From a virus (Duplodnaviria; Caudoviricetes), in IMG/VR virus record IMGVR_UViG_2700989075_000001, positions 5,642 to 69,641 of that record: 64,000 nt of DNA; one strand, given 5' to 3'. Positions 58,417 to 64,000 of this stretch are shown piece after piece (within the stretch, counting starts at the first letter, position 1; every line of letters begins with the position of its first letter). Below the pieces are notes generated by a model. That model searched no databases. It was not told the DNA's origin and worked only from the letters and a program-made list of their open reading frames with translations. Position numbers and translations under genes: made by a program.

Positions 58417-58441
58417 GGTGGGCCGGGCCTTCCGGCCCACC
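58417..58441 (-). terminator. Perfect 10-bp hairpin after the first gene of cassette D
   Basis: GGTGGGCCGG-GCCTT-CCGGCCCACC; no U-tract. Confidence 0.55.
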
Positions 58442-58454
58442 GGGTAGGGGGCGG

Positions 58455-58733
58455 TTAGCCGAGGTCGGGAGTCTCGTCGGTGTGGCCGAGCGCCCAGTTG
58501 GTCACGCGGATAACCTGCATACCGTCGGCCCCGTCGAGGTTGAACACCGCCACGCGGACCCCGGTGGCCGGGGCGTAACCGAACGCCACGTGGTGGCGCA
58601 GCTCCTCCCAGATCACCTGGCCCTGGTCAGCCTGGGCTTCGATCATGCCGTCGAGCATGTCAGCGCCCTTGATGCCGCGATCTTCGAGCAGATCAACGAC
58701 GAGGCCCTTGGCGACGGTGACGATGGTGGACAT
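58455..58733 (-). CDS. Hypothetical protein (92 aa)
   Basis: AGGAG RBS; first gene after cassette D. Confidence 0.7.
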   Translation of the reverse strand: MSTIVTVAKGLVVDLLEDRGIKGADMLDGMIEAQADQGQVIWEELRHHVAFGYAPATGVRVAVFNLDGADGMQVIRVTNWALGHTDETPDLG

Positions 58734-58752
58734 TTGAATCTCCTGCCTGCGT

Positions 58753-58814
58753 GGCGGGGCTGTCCCGCCTTGCTGATGTGAACACACTAACCCGACTAAG
58801 GCGGGTAAGTCAAG
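58753..58814 (-). promoter_or_regulatory. Cassette copy D (core ACTAAGG)
   Basis: Near-identical to copy A but with the core inverted. Confidence 0.85.
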
Positions 58815-59340
58815 AAGTGTTTTTGCAGGTCGTGGGCTTGTCAGTAAAGTGCCGCCGCACCATACCGTCGCGGCGCTCGGCCCAGTGCTTGCCGCATACC
58901 GCGCAGTAGGCGTGACCGCGAAAGGTGCGGGCCGGGGCCTTTCCAGACCCCGGACACCGCACCCTGTCAGCTGCGGCCGACATCCCACGCGGCAGGCAGG
59001 AACCCGCCACCCTGGAGCCAGCTGTCCAGCGCCAGGAACACCTCGGCCAGGCGGTGCACCTCGTCGCCGTACTCGGCCAGGTCGCCCCTGGCCAGGTCCA
59101 GCGCCTCGGCCAGGGCGGCATCGGGGTCCATCAGGACACCTCCACCCACTGCATGACGACCTGGAGCGCGGCGTCGTAGCTGTCGGCGTCGGTGACCTCG
59201 TTGACGAACTGCGTCACCTCGGCCACGTGCCCGGCCGCACGCAGCGCCTTGCTGACCTTGCCGATGATGAAGAACACGTTGCCGTCCTGGCCGGTGAGCT
59301 GCACGTGCACATCGGGGAACTTGGGTGTGGTACCGGCCAT
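58810..59340 (-). other. Three small genes (58810-58983, 58967-59131, 59131-59340)
   Basis: Overlapping or coupled ORFs; 59131-59340 has the LTGQDGNVFFIIG...ALR motif common in phage small proteins. Confidence 0.6.
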
Positions 59341-59960
59341 CAGTAGCCACCCTCGCGTTCGCGGCCAAACGGGCTGCGGGGGCCGACAACTACGCCACCG
59401 GCCGCAAACCCTCCGCGCCCGCCGCCACCGGCCCCACCGTGGGCCTGGGGCACCTCTGCGCGGACCAGTGGATCGACTACGCTGCCGGGGCTGTAGGTGC
59501 CCAGCACCCGGCCGTAGGCACCCATGCGTTCGGCCACTGGCTCCTCGTCCTCGGGCTCCGGCCCCAGGCGCTCGACACCGGCCAGCCTGTCCAGGCTCGG
59601 CCAGTTGGCCTCACCGATGAACTGGAGCAGGCCCGGCCAGTTGAGCCGGTCGGTGGTCTGGCCCGTGACGGTCCAACGCACCGCGTTGCCGACCCGCCAG
59701 CCGACGGCGGCGTAGGCGTATTCCCGTCCCGCCTGGTACTTGGTGAAGCCGACGACCACGGCGCTGCCGTGTTCCACGGTGGGCTGCTTGGGCCTGCGGG
59801 CCTCGCGGCGCGCCAGCTCGGCCTCGGCCACGGCGCGGTCCACCTGGCTGGCCTGCTCCAGCAGCTGCGCCGCCTGGGACCGCAGTGCTGCCGCCGACAT
59901 CAGCTGGGACGGCAGCGACGGCTCCACGGTGGCCTTCTCGCCTTCGTTGTCATTGGACAT
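59340..59960 (-). CDS. Hypothetical protein
   Basis: AAGGAGG RBS with start-associated motif. Confidence 0.7.
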   Translation of the reverse strand: MSNDNEGEKATVEPSLPSQLMSAAALRSQAAQLLEQASQVDRAVAEAELARREARRPKQPTVEHGSAVVVGFTKYQAGREYAYAAVGWRVGNAVRWTVTGQTTDRLNWPGLLQFIGEANWPSLDRLAGVERLGPEPEDEEPVAERMGAYGRVLGTYSPGSVVDPLVRAEVPQAHGGAGGGGRGGFAAGGVVVGPRSPFGREREGGY

Positions 59961-59990
59961 GGATGGTTCCTCCTTGGTGGTTGTGGTGGT

Positions 59991-60215
59991 TTACGGGGCC
60001 TCGTCAGCCGGGCCGGAGCCGTAGCTGCTGGGATGCTTGGCGTCCTTGCAGCGGCTGTTCTTGCCCGCCATGCCGATGCCGTGCTTGGCGTTCACAAACG
60101 CGGGGTTCATGCACGCTTGGTCGTAGACGGGGTACTGGCCGGTCTCGGCGCTGGCGGTCGCGGCACCGAACAGGGCCATGCCTGCGGTGAGTGCGGCGGC
60201 GATCAGGTACTTCAT
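59991..60215 (-). CDS. Small secreted protein
   Basis: Signal peptide MKYLIAAALTAGMALFGAATASA; AAGGAGG RBS. Confidence 0.7.
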   Translation of the reverse strand: MKYLIAAALTAGMALFGAATASAETGQYPVYDQACMNPAFVNAKHGIGMAGKNSRCKDAKHPSSYGSGPADEAP

Positions 60216-60253
60216 GGTGGTTCCTCCTTGGTTGTGGTGGTTGGGGTACTGCG

Positions 60254-60323
60254 TGGCCCTGGCTGGACTCGAACCAGCAACAACAGTGATCAGCTGCGCG
60301 CTCCCCAGGTGCGCCGCAGGGCC
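60254..60323 (-). tRNA. Non-canonical tRNA-like element (GAT anticodon, shortened anticodon stem, no encoded CCA)
   Basis: GGCCCTG/CAGGGCC acceptor stem; GCGC-ACCTGGGGA-GCGC D-arm; CAG-CTGATCA-CTG anticodon arm; GCTGG-TTCGAGT-CCAGC T-arm. Confidence 0.65.
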
Positions 60324-60383
60324 TCGGGGTGCCGGGCGGGCGCACGGTGGGAGCACCACCACCACCGCCCGGCACCGGTCTAA

Positions 60384-61436
60384 CTACACCGGCAGCAAGG
60401 CGCTGAACGCCTTGGCCTTCATGTTGCCGATGTCGCTGCTCATCAGGGTGCGCTGGGCGCGGCGAATGGCTGCCTCCTCGCCCTCGGCACCGGTCACGGG
60501 GCGGTGGTGGTCCAGGTACTCGGTCACCGCGTTGTACACCCCGAACGCCGTGCCACGGAACGGAGCCACGGTGTCGGCGGTGCGGTACAGGTCGACCACC
60601 TCGGCGGCGCGCAGCTTGCGGCTCTCGGCCTGCTTCTCGGTGGTGGCACCGGGCACGTTCCAGATGTCCTCCAGCACCTCCAGAACCTGCACCGGGTTCA
60701 TCTCCCGCTTGATCAGCAGTTCGCACTGCTCCACGAACGTGTCGCGGTAAGCGAATGTCAGGCCCAGCAGCTGGCGCACCTCGGCCAGACGCTTGTCCGG
60801 CTCGCCCGTGTGGCGCAGGCTCACGCAGCTGCGAGCGGCGTGCTCGGCCATCCGCTGCGTGTTGGCGCACACAATGCGCACCGGGCTGATGATGGCCCGC
60901 AGCGCGTCCTCGCCCGTGTGGTTGTTCAGGATGCTGATGTACAGGTCGGTGATGTCCAGCTCCCCGGTCACGGGGCTGCGGAACTCCATGTGGGCGGGCA
61001 TCTTCATGGTGACGAAGGTGTCCCGGCCACCGCGCAGCGCGCCGATGGTCTCGATGTGCGCGCCGCCCTCGTCCACAATCTGGCTGAGCAGCGCGGTGGT
61101 CTGCTCGTTCTGGAACGGGGTCCAGCGGTTGCCGACCACGCCCAGGGCCTCGGTGCCGCCGTTGACCGGGTTCGTGCGGACCACCACGTGGCGGTCGGGC
61201 ACCGGCAGGCTGATCGTTGCGCCCTCTTCACCGGACTGGTCGGGCACCTCGGCCGTCAGCGGCACCTTGCGCACGTCCCAGCCGCGCATGTGTGCGGCGT
61301 CCAGGGCCTCGTCGGTGGTCATCAGGTGGCCCACCGGAGTGCCGAGCTTATGCCAGGCGTCCACCAGCCCGTTGGCGTCGGTGCGGCTGTCGGCAAAGCT
61401 GGTGATGCCGTCGGTGGTGTCGAGTTCGTGGGCCAT
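60384..61436 (-). CDS. DUF932/DUF945-family phage/plasmid protein
   Basis: AWHKLG, LGVVGNRWTPFQN, ETIGALRGG, PVRIVCANT, RHTG, GTAFGVYNAVTEYLDH. Confidence 0.85.
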   Translation of the reverse strand: MAHELDTTDGITSFADSRTDANGLVDAWHKLGTPVGHLMTTDEALDAAHMRGWDVRKVPLTAEVPDQSGEEGATISLPVPDRHVVVRTNPVNGGTEALGVVGNRWTPFQNEQTTALLSQIVDEGGAHIETIGALRGGRDTFVTMKMPAHMEFRSPVTGELDITDLYISILNNHTGEDALRAIISPVRIVCANTQRMAEHAARSCVSLRHTGEPDKRLAEVRQLLGLTFAYRDTFVEQCELLIKREMNPVQVLEVLEDIWNVPGATTEKQAESRKLRAAEVVDLYRTADTVAPFRGTAFGVYNAVTEYLDHHRPVTGAEGEEAAIRRAQRTLMSSDIGNMKAKAFSALLPV

Positions 61437-61460
61437 GGTGTTGCTCCTTTGTTGGTGGGT

Positions 61461-61521
61461 GGCGGGGCGGTCCCGCCTGCTGATGTGAACACAGTAACCC
61501 GACTAAGGCGGGTAAGTCAAG
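61461..61521 (-). promoter_or_regulatory. Cassette copy E (core ACTAAGG)
   Basis: TTGACT-N18-TACTGT plus operator and hairpin. Confidence 0.85.
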
Positions 61522-61542
61522 CACTTCAAGCAGGCAATTTAG

Positions 61543-62607
61543 TCAGAAACTGCCCATCAGGTAGCCGACCGGAATGGCCAGCGCAGCCGCCACGGCCAGC
61601 GTGGCGCACACCGCCTCGGTCACGGTGTCGGGCTTGGCAAAATGCAGCGCCACGCTGGCCAGCAGGCTGATGGCCACCAGCACCAGCGGGCCGGTCACCA
61701 GGGGCCTCCCTCGGGCAGGTTGAACCACGTCTCCCGGCGCTCGGCGTCGGTGGGCTCGGGCTCCAGTACGGCGATGGTGCCCTCACCGAGGGCGACGAGC
61801 ACGTGCCAGGGCACCGGGTCCGGCCCGTGCTCGACCATGGCGGCAAACAGCCCGCTATCGGTCTCACGGAACACCTTCTCGGCGCGCTCGCGCCGGATGT
61901 CGCGGGCGATCTGCGCCGCCCAGCGGATGTGCGCGGCGGCGTCGGCCGCACGGTTGCGCCGCCGGGCCTTGCGGCCGAACCAGCCGCAGGCCGGGCACCA
62001 GAGCGCGTGTTCCACGTGAAACTTCACGGCATAACCACCTTGAACTCGTTGCGGAGCAAGCACTGGCGCTTTCCCCTGGGCTTGACGAGGCAGTACAGCG
62101 GAGTGCCGTCTGCCGTTTTCGTGATCATGCTGACCCGGCACCGCAGGCCCGCATATTCGGCGATGTCGTTGACCACCGGCACCACCGTGTCGGTATCGGT
62201 GTAGTTGCCGTTTACGTCGGCCAGTCGGCCGTGAGCGGCACGTTGCGCCGCCTCCTGGGCGTCGGCCTTGCTGCCGCACACAGCGGTGAAGTTCGGCCCG
62301 CTGGCGGTCCATATGGACGCCTGCACATTGAGCACGGCGTAGGGACCGGCCCGGTACAGCCCAGGCCGGACGCGCGTCCACTTCATGCGCGGGCCTCCCG
62401 CCGGTCGCGCCAGTAGGCGGCATTCGTGGTGAGTTCCCAGTCCACAATGGCGCTGGCCTGCGCCCACTGCTCGGCTTCGGGGTCCAGGATGGTCTCCAGG
62501 CGGCTGGTGATGCCCTGGCCCACTGGGCAGGTGGGCTCATGGTCGGTGACGTATCCGGCGCAGCTGTCGCAGCCTGCGGGCTCGGTGACGTTGGCGGGGT
62601 CGTACAT
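61543..62607 (-). other. Four small coupled genes (61543-61698 2-TM, 61695-62027, 62024-62386, 62383-62607)
   Basis: 4-bp stop/start overlaps. Confidence 0.6.
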
Positions 62608-62612
62608 GGCGG

Positions 62613-62945
62613 CTATGCCTCCTCGGACTGGATGCGGGCAATGGCTGCGGCGGCGTCCTTGGCGCTGGGCACCGACCGCACGTAGATGATGGAGCTGCCG
62701 GGTGCCAGGTCGACCTGGTAGCCCACGGCGATCATGTCGTCAGCGAGCTGCTTGGCCTTGCGGACGTTGGCGCTGTCCAGGTCGCTGACGCTGACCCACA
62801 CGTTGGCCGGAATGGTGCGCCCGTTGCCACGGTGCGCGCTGTACCCGGCGCGGTGTATCGGCTGGCAGATGATGCCGAAGTCGCGGTGCAGAGCCCGGCT
62901 GATGACCGGGGCGGTGGGCAGACCGTTGGCGGGCTTGGTGCTCAT
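62613..62945 (-). CDS. Hypothetical protein (110 aa)
   Basis: AAGGAG RBS; first gene after cassette F. Confidence 0.7.
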   Translation of the reverse strand: MSTKPANGLPTAPVISRALHRDFGIICQPIHRAGYSAHRGNGRTIPANVWVSVSDLDSANVRKAKQLADDMIAVGYQVDLAPGSSIIYVRSVPSAKDAAAAIARIQSEEA

Positions 62946-62967
62946 GGGTGGCTCCTTGGGTCGCGGA

Positions 62968-63029
62968 GGCGGGGCTGTCCCGCCTGGCTGATGTGAACAC
63001 ACTAACCCGACTAAGGCGGGTAAGTCAAG
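62968..63029 (-). promoter_or_regulatory. Cassette copy F (core ACTAAGG)
   Basis: TTGACT-N18-TAGTGT plus operator and hairpin. Confidence 0.85.
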
Positions 63030-63038
63030 ACGCTGGCA

Positions 63039-63074
63039 GGGCCAGGACCAGGCAATTTGCCCGGCCCCGGCCCT
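63039..63074 (-). terminator. Hairpin after the cassette G gene
   Basis: Minus strand GGGCCGGGGCCGGGCA-AAT-TGCCTGGTCCTGGCCC pairs fully using G-U pairs, so it is strand-specific. Confidence 0.6.
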
Positions 63075-63080
63075 GGAGGC

Positions 63081-63764
63081 TTACGCCTCGTCCTTGGCGG
63101 CAGCCTTGCGGGCGACGCGGCGCTCGCGGCGCTTGGCCAGCCGCTCGGCCTTGGCGTCGGCAGTCTCGTTGGCGCGCTTGGCGGCGCGGCGGGCGGCACG
63201 GCGAGCCTTGCGGGCAGCCACCTTGTCGGCAGCGTCGACCTCGGCTTCCACCTGCTCGATGGTGGCGTCGGCCTCGGGCTCGGCCTCGGTGGTGTCCAGC
63301 TCGGCCAGGGCCTCCTCCAGGTCACCCTCGGGGTCGGCAGCGTCGACCGGCTGGGGCTCGGGGTCGGCGGCAACCTCGGGCAGCTCGGCGGCGGGCTTGC
63401 TGGCCTTCTTGGCGGTCTTGGTGCCCTTGGCCTTCGGCGCGTTCTTGGCCTCGATCAGCGCGTTGATGGCCTCCTCCTGCCAGCCATCGGCGGCGGCGAA
63501 GTCGCCCACGGACACCACGCCTTGGACGCTGGTGGGCACGGCGGGCACCACGGTGGCCTGGTAGCCCTGCTCGGCGAAGTACGCGCCGACCTTGCCGCTG
63601 CCCGCTTTCGCGGCGGCGGCTGCGGACTTGTGCCAGCTGTACGGACCCCAGCTGGTGCCGTCCTCGTTGCCGGTCATCAGGACGTGGGTGTAGGCCATGG
63701 ACCCGGTGGTGCGGGTGAAGGTCGCGCCGTTGGGGGCGGTGGCGGTGAAGGTGATGGTGGCCAT
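63081..63764 (-). CDS. Hypothetical protein with acidic linker and Arg/Lys/Ala-rich tail
   Basis: AAGGAG RBS; first gene after cassette G. Confidence 0.75.
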   Translation of the reverse strand: MATITFTATAPNGATFTRTTGSMAYTHVLMTGNEDGTSWGPYSWHKSAAAAAKAGSGKVGAYFAEQGYQATVVPAVPTSVQGVVSVGDFAAADGWQEEAINALIEAKNAPKAKGTKTAKKASKPAAELPEVAADPEPQPVDAADPEGDLEEALAELDTTEAEPEADATIEQVEAEVDAADKVAARKARRAARRAAKRANETADAKAERLAKRRERRVARKAAAKDEA

Positions 63765-63790
63765 TGTGGTGCTCCTTGCGGTTGTGCGTA

Positions 63791-63851
63791 GCGGGGCGGT
63801 CCCGCCGTGCTGATGTATGAACACTAACCCGCCTTAGTCGGGTAAGTCAAG
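63791..63851 (-). promoter_or_regulatory. Cassette copy G (core CCTTAGT)
   Basis: TTGACT-N18-TAGTGT plus operator and hairpin. Confidence 0.85.
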
Positions 63852-64000
63852 ACGACCATGGAAGAAAGTTTTTGCAGGTCACAGCGTCTTTTACGTCCAC
63901 CCCTGGTACCGCCCCCGGTGTCCGGCTCCGTGTATTTAGACTAACCTGTTATCCTCCGGCCTCACAACTCCTCCGGCAGGTGGTCGGTTATGCTCCGGCC

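Noticed and set aside
58753-63851. Cassette repeats as a CRISPR array or integron attC sites
   Set aside because: Copies are separated by kilobases of genes at irregular spacing and have clear promoter architecture; no cas or integrase gene is present.

Overview
This window holds most of a high-GC, apparently lytic siphovirus genome with the gene content and order of a Cluster B-like mycobacteriophage; no integrase or attP is visible. The rightward arm (1-31.7 kb) encodes a truncated portal, MuF-protease fusion, separate hexamer and pentamer capsid proteins, three membrane (holin-like) genes, tail tube, connectors, tail chaperone, a 6.1-kb tape measure and minor tail genes. It is followed by a short leftward HTH operon, lysin A/B, a leftward replication block (PD-(D/E)XK nuclease, SF2 helicase, primase-helicase, Pol I), a palindrome-rich divergent non-coding region near 50.1-50.4 kb, and many small accessory genes. 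The most notable signals are non-coding. (1) A candidate ~74-nt late small RNA after lysB carries a seed complementary to an ACAACCAC motif beside the starts of about a dozen replication/early genes. (2) A ~62-bp promoter/operator/5'-hairpin cassette is dispersed in 6 full and 3 partial copies, and its 7-bp operator core occurs in both orientations. (3) A non-canonical tRNA-like element lies at 60254-60323. (4) A displaced second tail-chaperone paralogue has a probable -1 frameshift. All functions are inferred by eye from motifs and synteny; no database searches were run.
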